NCBI RefSeq assembly: GCF_001194135.2
Contig: NC_068993.1
Location: 20,215,206 to 20,258,169, forward strand
DNA from: Octopus bimaculoides
Taxonomy: Eukaryota
Direction of reading: 5' to 3'
Length of the DNA: 42,964 nt
Position 1 is the stretch's first letter. Each line of letters begins with the position of its first letter. The notes beneath the pieces are model-generated. The model made no database searches and was not told the origin of the DNA. It saw only the letters and a program-made list of their open reading frames with translations. This document shows, one piece after another, positions 11,361-23,078 of the stretch. A program made the position numbers and the translations under genes.

Positions 11361-12431
11361 ATACCACATCTCACCAATGATTTTTACTAGTGTTTCTACG
11401 TGAACAGTAGAGCATTCGACGAGTAAACTTGTATCTAACAAAGTGTCAGCAGCTGCTGAGGATATTACTAGATGTAATTGTTTTTCTTTGTTCCTGACAG
11501 ATTGACACTGTTTATAAACTGGACGTCGTTCGGTGTCAAATTACCTCGAGATTTCGTAACTTCAAACAACTGTGAAAAAACCAACAGATAGTTGAAAGAC
11601 CTGTTTTAGGAAACATTACGGCTTTGTAATAAAAAAAAAGGGGAAGGAAGAAAATGTGTATGATGATTAGATAATTATTCCATGCACTGACACAAGGATG
11701 CAAGTTTATAGGGGTGTAGTATACTTAAGGTCTATAAGAAGGGAAAGGCTCTACCGGTACCAGTAACTCGGTCCGAAGCCATCAGTCGAGCCAACCATAA
11801 AAAAAAAAATTAAAAATTAAAATAAAACCTTTACAGCTCCTTTTAATTTTAGTAAGTATCCTGGAGGGGTCGAAACTAGCTCTGAAATTTCTGTCGGACG
11901 CCTCAGAGATGGGCGTCATAATATAATTGTGCCTTATTCTATCGACCACAGAAAAAGGAAAAGAGTCAACTTTATGTGATTTGATCTCAAAATATAGAAT
12001 ATCGAAACGAAATAACGTTAGAATCATTTAGACTGGGACTCTACCATATTATGTCCGTCTGCCATCTCATGACTACTGTATAATTAGCCGTATACAACAA
12101 TAGAATATTGTTAGATATAACTAATATATAAATATCATATGAAAAAAGTAACACCAGGTCGTATGACACCACGGTGCCAGCCTCGGTTAGGTATCCCATC
12201 TCCTGTGCAGAACAATATTTGTTCCTCCTCTCAAGAATACACAACCCTCTCTCAATTAATTTTCTCTAGGATCAGTTTAAACGATTGTGCGACTCCTATA
12301 CAATTCAGATTTCAATTTTTTTTTTTTTTTGCAAAGAGATACTGAAGTTAAAACTAACATACTAGTTGATGTATATGACTTAATCCTACCGTCTCACTGA
12401 TTCATTTTATTCACTCTCGGTGAACAAAATA

Positions 12432-13125
12432 TTGGTCCCAAATTTTGGCACAAGGCCAGCAATTTCAGGAAGGGAGTTTGTTGTTGACACTCCGTCGCTT
12501 ACGACGTCGAGGGTTCCAGTCGATCCGATCNNNNNNNNNNNNNNNNNNNNNNNNNNNNNNNNNNNNNNNNNNNNNNNNNNNNNNNNNNNNNNNNNNNNNN
12601 NNNNNNNNNNNNNNNNNNNNNNNNNNNNNNNNNNNNNNNNNNNNNNNNNNNNNNNNNNNNNNNNNNNNNNNNNNNNNNNNNNNNNNNNNNNNNNNNNNNN
12701 NNNNNNNNNNNNNNNNNNNNNNNNNNNNNNNNNNNNNNNNNNNNNNNNNNNNNNNNNNNNNNNNNNNNNNNNNNNNNNNNNNNNNNNNNNNNNNNNNNNN
12801 NNNNNNNNNNNNNNNNNNNNNNNNNNNNNNNNNNNNNNNNNNNNNNNNNNNNNNNNNNNNNNNNNNNNNNNNNNNNNNNNNNNNNNNNNNNNNNNNNNNN
12901 NNNNNNNNNNNNNNNNNNNNNNNNNCCTAACCATTCGGTCATTGCGCCTCCACTCAGGAAGGGAGTAAACTGATATCATTGACCCAAGTATTTAACTGCT
13001 ACTTATTTTATCGACCCTGAAAAGTCGACACCGGTGGAATTTGAACTCAGAACATAAAGACGGACGAAATGCCGCTAAGCATGTTGCCCGGCGTGCTAAC
13101 GATTCTACCAACTCGCCGCCTTCAT
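12432..13125 (-). mobile_element. SINE A2 copy (minus) carrying a nested family C SINE
   Basis: A2 tail TTTTGGCACAAGGCCAGCAATTTCAGG at 12443 and A2 head GCTAACGATTCTACCAACTCGCCGCCTT at about 13095-13122; flanking ACAAAATATT on both sides. Confidence 0.8.
12478..12953 (-). mobile_element. SINE family C, mostly in N gap, (CAA)n tail
   Basis: TTGTTGTTGACACTCCGTCGCTTACGACGTCGAGGGTTCCAGTCGATCCGATC matches the tail of 1775-2088; head CCTAACCATTCGGTCATTGCGCCTCC; perfect 13-bp TSD TCAGGAAGGGAGT at 12465-12477 and 12954-12966. Confidence 0.85.
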
Positions 13126-13964
13126 GGTGGACAAAATATTAAGTCGATGCTTATTTCATTTATTTTATCGACTTCTGAAGAACGCACGAGAATAAGAGAA
13201 CTCGCGATCATTCGAATTTGTTTTAACCACGGTCACGTTTCAGTTGGAACACTGTCTACTGCATGTCACTTTAATGTGTGTAATAGATATCCACTATCAA
13301 CTTTTTAATATATAAAACTTGATATATGCTCTATAGCAATTAGCTCTAAAATACTTTCCCAAACTTCTATGTGACACGGTATTATACAGAAACATTATAT
13401 TTCTAAAGATACAATAAACAGTCATAATTTTAAAATCATCCATATGAAACGTTTCAGACAACTGTTTTACATCTTATTCTTCAGAATAAATTAAGGAAAT
13501 GAACAAAAAGAAAGCTAATAAATACAAGCAATACACTTTCTTTCTTTCTTTCTTCTATTTCTATTGAGGAAAGTAAAATAATAAACTAAAACGGTTTTAG
13601 AGATGGCGAATCTTTCATTGTTTCACAGATAAACGTAACTTCTTTGTAACGAAAAGTGTGTGCAATTCAGTAAGCATAATAACATAAGAGTGCCGCTTGC
13701 TTGTTAAGGCTGCCTACCATGAAACAACTCTGCTTTCATTTCAGTGTTTAAAGGGGTACATTATGTATGTCAACATATGTACATCTGCAAATAACGCTTT
13801 CGGTTTCTTATCATTTCATAAAATAAGATATTAGTTAGAAAGGGATGACGGGAAGAGATAGGAATGAAAAGGTATAAATAAAGAAAGGGTTAAAACTTTA
13901 AATGCAGCGAGATGGAGATAGCGAAATGTTGATCAAGCATTTCAAAATCATGTTATGTTATTGT

Positions 13965-14105
13965 TCAGTGATAAGTTCTTGTGATTTAGTCCCAGGTTAT
14001 CCCTAATCACAAACGTCCCAGTCGAGACTATCTCGTCTTTTCTTATTGTTAAATTTCAGGCATTGTCTATCGGACTGCATTATCTAATGTTTCTTTTGAA
14101 GACGG
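13965..14105 (-). repeat. Family E fragment
   Basis: TTTAGTCCCAGGTTATCCCTAATC...CCAGTCGAGACTATCTCGTCTTTTT...GGACTGCATTATCTAATGTTTCTTTTGAAGACGG. Confidence 0.45.
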
Positions 14106-14629
14106 AAATATATGATCATGAAATTATTGGCGATATAGCTAATTCCGATTCCAAAGCATATTAGCTTATAATATAGTACTAATGAAATCTTTGCAGTTGT
14201 CATATGGTGTGTCAAAGACATGTCAATTTGACGGAGACCATTTCTCTCTGATTAACACTGAACGGTTTAAAAGTCCACTTTGCAATCACGAGATTCCCAG
14301 TTCGACTCCACAGCGTGGAATCTTCGGTATGTGTCTTTTACCACAACCTTGGTACACACTAGCCTTGGTGGAGAAATGGGGTTGGTGGCAATTGTGTGGG
14401 AAAATGTTGGATAGCACCTGCAACTTAAAGGTTTAGTCAAGTCGTACTGTATCACGCTGATTCTACTTGAGAGAATTATGAAGGGCATACGCTTCTGTGG
14501 AATGATCAGGTGGTTCAGTTAACCTGAAAAATGAATACTCGTCGTCGAAACTAAGAGACTCATTTACTTAGATTTGCTTCGATATCTTATTTTTTACTCC
14601 GCTTCTAATGCTTACTCTTCTTCAGAACA

Positions 14630-15035
14630 CAGCACACTTGACGTAGGTGACCGAGGGATTGCGCCAGTTCAGTTTAACACAAGGTTTAGGTCTGTCTGAA
14701 GCTACAGTAAAGGACACTTGATCAGGATATCAGCGGGAGATCGAGAGTGAGATCGTACCCAGAACTTTCTGTTTCCAAAGCAAACTCCTTAGTTATTCGG
14801 CCATTCGGCATGAACTGCTGGTACGTATATTATTGACAGAACAACTACAACACTATCTCTGTATGTTGCTTCAATCAAATCATTTGGCATTTGAGGCTCA
14901 TCAGCGTCACAAAGACTTGGAAGCTAATCGGCCAAGGATAGACAGTGGAATTTGAACTGGGAGCGTAGAGGGCCGGGGCAAGTATCGCAAGATATACCAT
15001 CCCACATTCTCACTACTCAGTCAATTTGTCGCCTT
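14630..15035 (-). mobile_element. Degenerate SINE B head (14630-14805) and SINE A remnant (14900-15035)
   Basis: ACAAGGTTTAGGTCTGTCTGAAGCTACAGTAAAGGACACTTGATCAGG is the reverse of the B CORE-like segment; GGAATTTGAACTGGGAGCGTAGAG is the reverse of the A B-box region. Confidence 0.5.
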
Positions 15036-15389
15036 TTGCTTCAGAATACTACATGCACTGCAATAACTGGATGTGATATCTCCTAGATTAATAAGAAATG
15101 CACAACTGGAGTACTCAGTTTAGATCAATACATTTCTGACTCAACATCATTTATATATTATCTCCTTTAAATTCTCAGATTTCATGCCCAATATAAAACA
15201 CTTACTGATGTACTTACGCATATTTAAATTGCACTTCTATACAAATCGCACCCGTAGTTTGGTTTTAAATCGTGGTTCAAAAACTTTTCCACCCCTTCAT
15301 AGTTTTAGCATTACTCCGTGTATAAGACGCACCCTAGTAAGTGGTGGTGGTCATGGAAATATTTGTGGTGATCATTATCATTTCTTAAA

Positions 15390-16690
15390 CAAGCACAAGG
15401 CCATAGTTTGGGTTGTGGGGTAGGCTTAGTAGACTAAGCCAACCTTAAAATTTGTCCAGTACTTTACTTTATCGACCCTTGAATGATGAGCGCAACAAAA
15501 CCGACCTTAACTGGATCTGAACCAGAGCATAAAGAGCCGGAATAAGTATGACATCATGTAAGAAGCTCTTACGGCGAAATACTCAATACGTTCTGAGTTC
15601 AAATTCCGCCGAGGTCGACTTTGCCTTTCATACTTTCGGAGTCTATAAATTAAGTACCAGTTACGCACTGGGGTCGATGTAATCGACTTAACCCCTTTGT
15701 CTGTCCTTGTTTGTCCCCTCTGTGTTTAGCCCCTTGTGGGCAATAAAGAAATACAAAGCTCTTGTGTCTCTGACAATTCACCACTCTTAATAATTTTTAA
15801 CAGAAGCACATGATCAGAAATTTGAGTAACATCGATTGAATTGATGTTAAAGCCATAGTACTTCACAGGTACTTTGTTTTATCGAATCTGGAAGGATAAA
15901 TGACATACTTGCTCTCGGCAGGATTTGAACTCATAACCTAAAGAGCAAGAACAAATACTGAAACGTACTTTGCCTGATACTCCAAAGATTCTGCCACTCC
16001 AACAACCTCATCAATAATAATTTTTTTTATTTTGGTACAAGGCCAGCAATCTAGTGGTGAGAGGATCGACGATAAAATCGATCTCTGTTCTTTAATACTT
16101 TCTTTTATTTGACAGATCTCAGAGCAATAAATGATGAAGCTGACTTTGGCGAGATTTGAACTCAGAACTTGAAGAAGTGCCGCAAGGCATTTTGTCCGAC
16201 ACTCTGACGATTCTGCCATATCACCATATCACCGCCCTCAGCAATGAAGACTTCAAATTTTGGCAAAAGGCCAGCTATTTTAGAGGGAGTGGTAAATGAA
16301 TAACATCGTCCCTTGTACTTGTCTGGTTACTTATTTTTATCGGCCACGAAAGGATGAAAAGCAAAGTCAGCCTCGGCGGAATTTGAACTCAGAACGTAGA
16401 AGGAATATCACTAAGCATTCTGTCTGGTGTGAAACAGTTCTTCCGGCCCGTCACCTTAACCACCCTCACTAATAATGGTTTTAAATGTTGGCACAGGGCC
16501 GGTAGTTTTTGAGGGGAGGGGAAATCGATAACATCGATCCCAGTACATGATTGGCAATTATTTTATCGACCAGGAAAGAACGAAAGCAGAATTTGAGCTC
16601 AGAACACAAAGAGCTGGCAAAAAATGCCAGTGAGCATTTTATCCGGTATCGCTAACAATTTTGCCGGTTTGCCGTCTTCACCACCCTCGA
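15390..16690 (-). mobile_element. Cluster of about 5 degenerate SINE A2 copies, minus strand, head-to-tail
   Basis: Repeated GGCACAAGGCCAGC...ATCGA...GAAAGGATGAAA...ATTTGAACTCAGAAC...GATTCTGCC modules at about 15390-15560, 15800-16010, 16025-16240, 16250-16460 and 16475-16685. Confidence 0.8.
15572..15752 (+). mobile_element. Young SINE A1 with shortened head, inserted antisense within the A2 cluster
   Basis: TACGTTCTGAGTTCAAATTCCGCCGAGGTCGACTTTGCC...GTTTAGCCCCTTGTGGGCAATAAAGAAATA; AAGCTCTT on both flanks (probable TSD). Confidence 0.85.
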
Positions 16691-16969
16691 CAATACTGAT
16701 AGTGATTTATTTATCACGCATGCGTATAAATAGTGGTCTCTATTGACAAAGCAACAACGATCTGTGTACAGTGAGAGATTATATGAGATTAAAGAAAAAG
16801 AGATATGGTCTGTTGTTGATGGGAGAGGAGATGGCTCATAACGAGTCCGTAAATTGAGTTATTAAATATTAGTGTTATACAGCTTTTGTCCTGCTTCAGA
16901 GCAGGACAGCTATTTACTTATTACTACTTTCTTTTTTTATGAATTGCCTTGTAGTTGTAATTTCTCTAT

Positions 16970-18590
16970 TTTGGTAGAGACAGACAGAGAGAGAGAGACA
17001 GACAGACAGACAGAGAAAAGAGATAGAGAGACAGAGAGAAGGGCAGACTTCACCCGCCGCTGACTATGTCATGTAATTGCATATACTTAGCAGATGGTTG
17101 GCTCATTCTATACAGGTCACGCCCGCTTTTTTTTTCTTTTTTTCCCTTCATGTACCTGTGAGTACGTTGCACACTTATGTATGTGTATGCGTGTGTTTGT
17201 AACATGTGTGTGTTTATTCAAGTAAGTATGTACGCTTATATATAAGTATGTATAGGAGGGTGAGGACAGACAGTCACACAATGACGACCAGACGACACAC
17301 GCGCGAAAAAAAGCATTCTTTTTTTTTTCTTTTTTTTTTTCAATTTGTGTTAAAGTGGTCACCTGCTTCATAAAAAGATAACAACGGCATTTTAGGACTC
17401 GATACACCTGTTGAGGCACAGCAGGTTTTTTTTATTTATTTATATGTTTATTACACTACAGGTGAGTGATTTGAACAAAGTAGAAACAAAGGCCGAGAGA
17501 AAGAGACGGGTGGAGGTGCAGTAGGCAAAGGTAGGAAGGGAGACTGTGGGAGAGTGAAGAGAGAGACAAAAGGAGTGTGAGAGAGAGAAAGAGAGGGAGT
17601 GTAGGGAGAGGGAGATAGAGGGATGGGGGTGGATAAGTGTAGTTGGAGTACTGGGGCACATCTGCCTGAGAAGTATGAAAGCATACATTGGGTTATATTG
17701 TGTATATACACGTTGAGTTTATTGTTGTGAGTGGGAGAAAGAGAGGGGGTGGAGGGAGTGGTGAAACTGAATAAGAGGAACAGGGTGGGAAAAGGGTACA
17801 CGCATACATGTATGTGTGTGATGTGTGTATGTATGCTTGTATATATGTGTGTGTATGTGTACGTATTTATATGAGTGTGTGTGTGTGTGTACGTATTTAT
17901 ATGAGTGTGTGTGTGTGTGTGTGTGTGTGTGTCTTTACATTTCCCCCATTTCTCTACCGTCCGTCCACCCAGCCATACATACAAACACACAGACACACAT
18001 ACAGGCTTACACAAACATACACACACATACACACACAGACACACATACGTATATACTTGTCTAAAGAGCAGCTGGAGCGGTTTGAATATCATTAAAGCTT
18101 TCAGAAAAAAAAATACTAATAATAAATGAATAAATAAATAAAATAAATAAAATAAAAATAGGAAAGGAAAGAAAAGGCATTGGGTGGTTGGGTAGGTTCA
18201 GATCATACCACCAAAATTATGTCTATAAAAAAGACGAATATTCGAGGATATGCTTACTTACGTGTAATGTGTGCCTGTGTGTGCGTGAGTGCGTATGTGC
18301 GAGTGTGTGTGTGTGTCTTTAACTCTGTAAATCCTTTTTATATATCTAATCCTTCTGTCACTTTTGCTCTCTCTCTCTCTCTCTCGCACACACTGCACTG
18401 ATTCTCTTCCCTCTCTCTTTCACCCCTTCTATCTCCCTCTCTCCATACATATGTGTGTGCGTGCGAGTTGAAAACATGTAAAAATCTATATTATATATCA
18501 TAGAGAGATTAGATAGATAGACAGACACACACACACTATATATATATATATGCATCAGCATGGCCGCAGCTCTAAGCTGAAACTATAAAT

Positions 18591-18628
<38 letters not shown>

Positions 18629-19213
18629 GAAAGAGAAGTAGATGCGTGCATGCACGTGCAGGCACACGTCTAACATGCATATTGTTGCTGCCCAGAGTAA
18701 GCAGAGATATAATTGAAGACATTCCAAGCATGCACACCCCATCTTTTTACTCGGGTTAAACACACACACACACACACACATACACACACCACGTTATGCC
18801 TTAAGACTATTTAAGGGTGATTTAAAAGAAATTTTTGCTGCTATTTTTAGTCCATCAAGCGACCACATTGAAGCTCACTCGTTGGCTCAGCAATAAGCGT
18901 GTGAACAAATAATAGACGTGCGCGCAAATGAGTATTGCTGCAAAATAGCGCATGCAAAATGTGCACACGTACATGCAAAGACAGGCGTACGTTTGCTCAT
19001 GGGCACAAATGATCGAAAAGATTATTCAGCCTCCTATCGTTATGTAAATTTTGCAGAGCTAAAAGAACCCCGGGTAACAGGCTCCACCCCTAAGTGCCCG
19101 GGGTACGTGAAACCGAAATACGACAACCCCCGCCACATGGTAGCTAGAAAGGTTTGCGACGAGGACGGCAATGATAATGATGTTGATGATGATGCTGATG
19201 TTAATGATGATGA

Positions 19214-19244
<31 letters not shown>

Positions 19245-19605
19245 GATGATGATGATGNNNNNNNNNNNNNNNNNNNNNNNNNNNNNNNNNNNNNNNNNNN
19301 NNNNNNNNNNNNNNNNNNNNNNNNNNNNNNNNNNNNNNNNNNNNNAGATACATGTAAAAACATAGACAAGCACATACGCACACACAGCCGTACAGATAAA
19401 CGCATACTCGCATACTCATGTATGCATCCTCAAAGGCATCTGAATGAAAAGTACGCGCACACACACACACACACACACACTTCTATACGATGCATGCGCA
19501 TATCCATGTGTACAGGTTGTCCCAGAAGTAAAGTAGCATTTAAACACGTTTTATACTCGAGATGACAGACTAACATGACACTTGTTATATATAAGTATAT
19601 ACTTG

Positions 19606-19644
<39 letters not shown>

Positions 19645-19668
19645 CGATGCATATATATCCACACACAT

Positions 19669-19705
<37 letters not shown>

Positions 19706-19959
19706 GTGTTCATACATGCCAATAGTGTGTATGCGTGCTCGCTAGTGTATGCATTCAAGTGTATTCGTGTTTGTGTGTAATGACAAATAACTATGCATTA
19801 TTTCATAACAACTGTCGCTTGAACAATTATTTTCAACGTCTGCACCCATAGGTATTTACAAGCATGCATATATATATATATATATAAATTGCATGCAATG
19901 TGCATATGATGTCTAAATGCACTGCACCCAGGGACTATGATGCTAAAATAACCGGATCC

Positions 19960-19999
<40 letters not shown>

Positions 20000-20700
20000 T
20001 ATTTTTTTTTTTTTTGTAGCTCCATTTATTGCATCGAGGTTTGTTGAGTGAGAAGCAAAGGAGTGTAGTTATGTATAAATTACCTTTGTGTATGTTTTGT
20101 ATGTGGTTGTGTATGTGATGCTTGTATGAAGTGAATGCACGGAGTGTGTTGAATGATTCGTTGTATATGTCAGAGATAGATAGACAGAATAATAGAGAGG
20201 GGGGGGGAGATGGAGGAGAGAGAGAGAAGTGGGGGTTATAGCTACAGGTTTATCGGTCGGCAACGAAAGCATTTTGCAGCGAATTTTGAGTAAGTATATG
20301 CATACAATGAGACGATGACGATGATGATTGTGATGATTGTGATGATGGTGATGATGATGATGATGGCAGCGGTGGTGGTGATGATATGGTGGTGGTGGTG
20401 GTGGTGGTGGTGTTGACGATGACGACGATGATGATAACGATGATGATGTGGAAAAGCGATGAGAAGGTTGGAGGGGTGTCGGTGGAAGATGAAGTTATTT
20501 AGACGAAGAAAGAAAGAAAGAAAGAAAGAAAGGGAGGAAGGGGTTAGAAAAGGATGCTGCGAAAATGTAGAAAACACATGAAGAAAGAAGGGGAAAAAAC
20601 CGGAATACTTAAGGGATAATAAGACGAAAATGAGGACGAGGACGAAGTGGAGGGAGAAGAGGAGAAGAAGATAGGAAGTGTAGAAGTTGCAGAAATAACT
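16970..20700. repeat. Block dense in simple repeats ((GA)n, (GACA)n, (TG)n, (CA)n, (GAT)n, (TTA)n, (GGT)n, (AAGA)n) with almost no SINE insertions
   Basis: Directly visible tracts; only a short B-tail fragment (about 18553-18590) and a family E fragment (18810-18890) found. Confidence 0.9.
19057..19151 (+). CDS. Candidate 95-nt internal exon of an unidentified host gene (low confidence)
   Basis: TTTTGCAG acceptor, only one open frame ((E)LKEPRVTGSTPKCPGYVKPKYDNPRHMVARK), AAG|GTTTGC donor; GC-rich unique island amid microsatellites; protein not recognised. Confidence 0.25.
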
Positions 20701-21243
20701 TGTAGGGAGCTATCTTTTTACTTCACTTTCCATCACTCCAATCCATCCGCTTCGGTAACGTCTGAGACAACATAACTCCCATTTGACTCTGCCTACTATC
20801 TGATTTAGCATTCTTCTTCGCGAACTGAAGGAAGAGCCGACTATATGCGGTTGCTCGAGCTGCCAAGAGTAGCAGCCAAATTTATCCCCTAAAATCACAC
20901 GTTGCGATTTCCAAACTTTAATGTTGCAACCCTCACTGAGTGGTAGCATTCACTTCAGGGGTTGCTGGCAATATATAAGGAGTCGATTCAAATTAAATTT
21001 CACCTGTTTTGAACACAACTACAGAAGATTTAAGGAGAGATGATGGCTGATTCAGTTTGTCAACAACGGGCTTCAGAACTAACAAATAGTTGTAGAAGAA
21101 TGATCGAACTCTAATGCAGGTGATTTTACGATAAAAAGGAAAAAAGGTTCTAGGTTTCACAAATTATTTTATTTTAAAAACTTGCTAAAGAAAGCTGCAT
21201 TCAACAATTAGGGGTGTGTTATGTCGTAATAATAACTTAAAAC

Positions 21244-21459
21244 AAGGCGGTGAGCTGGCAGAGACGTTAGCACACCGGGCGAAATGCTTAGCAGTATTTC
21301 GTCTGTCTTTACGTTCTGAGTTCAAATTCCACCGAGGTCGATTTTGCCTTTCATCCTTTAGGGGTCGATAAATTAAGTGCCAGTTGCGTACTGGGGTCGA
21401 TCTAATCGAGTGCGCCCCACCTCCCCCAAAATTTCGGACCTTGTGCCTAGAGGAGAAAA
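21244..21459 (+). mobile_element. Full-length SINE A2 with perfect TSD
   Basis: AAGGCGGTGAGCTGGCAGAG...GAGTTCAAATTCC...CTTTCATCCTTTAGGGGTCGAT...GGACCTTGTGCCTAGAGGAGAAAA; 17-bp TSD GTAATAATAACTTAAAA at 21226-21242 and 21460-21476. Confidence 0.92.
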
Positions 21460-21544
21460 GTAATAATAACTTAAAATATGGAATTAAATATGACACTTAA
21501 TTATCACCATATAATTTCAACTTATTTCTTAAAAATCTTTTTCT

Positions 21545-21735
21545 CAGGAGGAAAAGCTTTGACCATGACCCTTTAAAGGGCCTCAAATCAGGTGGAAGAC
21601 AGGAAGAAAGTGAAGCATCTTCAAACTAAAAACTTGACCTGAATATTTGTAGCAGAGAGGACCCGCAACAGGAAGGACCCAAGAAAACAGGTGGTGTTGT
21701 TAAATAAGGCAACGAATTAAGTCTACCACCCATGT
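21545..21735 (+). repeat. Family F copy, possibly the 3' end of an RTE-type LINE
   Basis: Shares GAATTAAGTCTACCACCCA and an upstream segment with 10178-10310 and 26140-26275; the conceptual translation VKHLQTKNLT only weakly recalls RTE C-termini. Confidence 0.35.
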
Positions 21736-21739
21736 AGGT

Positions 21740-21930
21740 CATGGTAGGATTTGAACTCAGAACACAAATATTGCAAGGTATCCCTACATTTTTATGTTTT
21801 TGTCGATCCACCGCCTTCGATTGGTGTTTTATTTATTGATGCCGGAAGGATGAAAGTTAACACCGAGCGGTATTTGTACTCAGAACCTAAACTGCCGTAA
21901 TCAATACGACAAAGCATTTCGTCCAATACC
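21740..21930 (-). mobile_element. Degenerate SINE A fragments (minus)
   Basis: GGATTTGAACTCAGAAC and GGAAGGATGAAAGTTAAC...TTTGTACTCAGAACCTAAA. Confidence 0.6.
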
Positions 21931-22129
21931 CAAACAGCTCAGTTCGTTGTAATAAATGTATAGTAAACTGGCGGTCCGTTGTTATACACGGATAGTAAAC
22001 AAAATGCTAAGGCATGATATAAACCCGTGTGCTTTTAGTGACCTTAATTCCAAAAAGTGGAGTGTAAAATGGCCCATCATGCAGAAATCCTCACTGAAAA
22101 AGTAGATCAATGTTTTTCTTTCTTTTTAA

Positions 22130-22410
22130 TCAACATCAGATGATCACATCTTTGACCATAGATCCATTAAATCAGGGCTGACCTGAGGTTAAACAGGAAT
22201 AACGATACCGTTATTTATAAACAGTCAACAAGTGAACCTCTACATAGTTGATCTAAATGCCCCAAATTAGCACCCAAATCTCCCACAAGTAACATCCCAA
22301 AGAAGGATATATTGGTTAATGTAATGCTTGGTTTAGAAAAATAAAGGATAGTTATGGTTGGAAAATGTTATACGCTTGAATAATCAGAGCTGATGTGGAG
22401 CTAAAATCTG
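22130..22410 (+). repeat. Family E fragments
   Basis: AATCAGGGCTGACCTGAGGTTAAAC (tail) and AGCACCCAAATCTCCCACAAG...ATTGGTTAATGTA...GGATAGTTATGGTTGGAA...ATCAGAGCTGATGTGGAGCTAAA. Confidence 0.5.
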
Positions 22411-22865
22411 GGTGTATGTATTCTGAGTATTCTGAGCTCTGCAACCCATCACAGATAGCAACTATATCATAAATACTAAATAGACTCGATTGCGTATTCA
22501 TAGATCATAATAGGGAAACCAATTTCTTTTTAACACTGTTATGAAGTATTGTGCTATGATGTGGCAGTAGGCGGATAGTGGGATAATTAGAATGAATCAA
22601 AAATAAGGACTGAAAGGGTAGGTGATATAGTGGATGACATACCATCAACAGACATCTTATGTTCGTTAAGTTGTATGTAAAACTTCGTCGAAAATTCTTT
22701 AAACAAACTAATTTTCTTTATAATAAATCTGTTCTTGCAATATCATGATGTAATCTACTCGTAATATATTTTCAGATTTAGTAATACACACTAAGGAATA
22801 AGGAAAGATCAAATCGTGTTTGTAAATGAGAACGAAAGTCCACTACATACACTGTGTTACTGGGG

Positions 22866-23078
22866 TTAAATAACAGCAACAACAACAACAACAGCAGTAT
22901 AAACAATCCAGCAATCATTCAACTTCTGTCCAAATCTAGCATCGTCAGCAGGGATTATTGTAAATATATTGACCGCATTACGAAGATCGTTTAGCAGGGC
23001 ATAATGTTCGTGTTCCGGATTAGTTCTAATATCTAAAATTCGGTACCAGAATGTCCGAGTATCTAGAGCGACGATGTT
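22866..23078 (-). pseudogene. Stop-free frame without ATG, weakly resembling a hAT transposase C-terminal dimerisation domain (or a host exon)
   Basis: NIVALDTRTFWYRILDIRTNPEHEHYALLNDLRNAVNIFTIIPADDARFGQKLNDCWIVY; the FW..IL...Y..L..L..AV...IP pattern recalls hATC but the ER.FS motif is not intact. Confidence 0.25.

Noticed and set aside
12407-12979. Long ORFs spanning N runs (also 31265-31982, 36911-37531, 40986-41786)
   Set aside because: Open only because unknown bases translate as X
6185-16690. Regularly recurring 30-40 bp motifs that could mimic a CRISPR array
   Set aside because: They are conserved parts of about 210-bp SINE copies in eukaryotic DNA; spacers are homologous and no cas genes are present
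17040-17115. Possible pre-miRNA hairpin
   Set aside because: Pairing is short and interrupted, and there is no match to a miRNA I recognise
19112-19127. Exact 16-mer ACCGAAATACGACAAC shared with the foldback element (reverse complement at 24216-24231)
   Set aside because: One 16-mer match among about 1e9 position pairs is near chance expectation and the flanks do not align
18918-19565. 215-aa ORF as a single-exon gene
   Set aside because: Depends on an 89-N gap, and its ends are CA/TG-repeat-like; only the 19057-19151 core is retained as a low-confidence candidate
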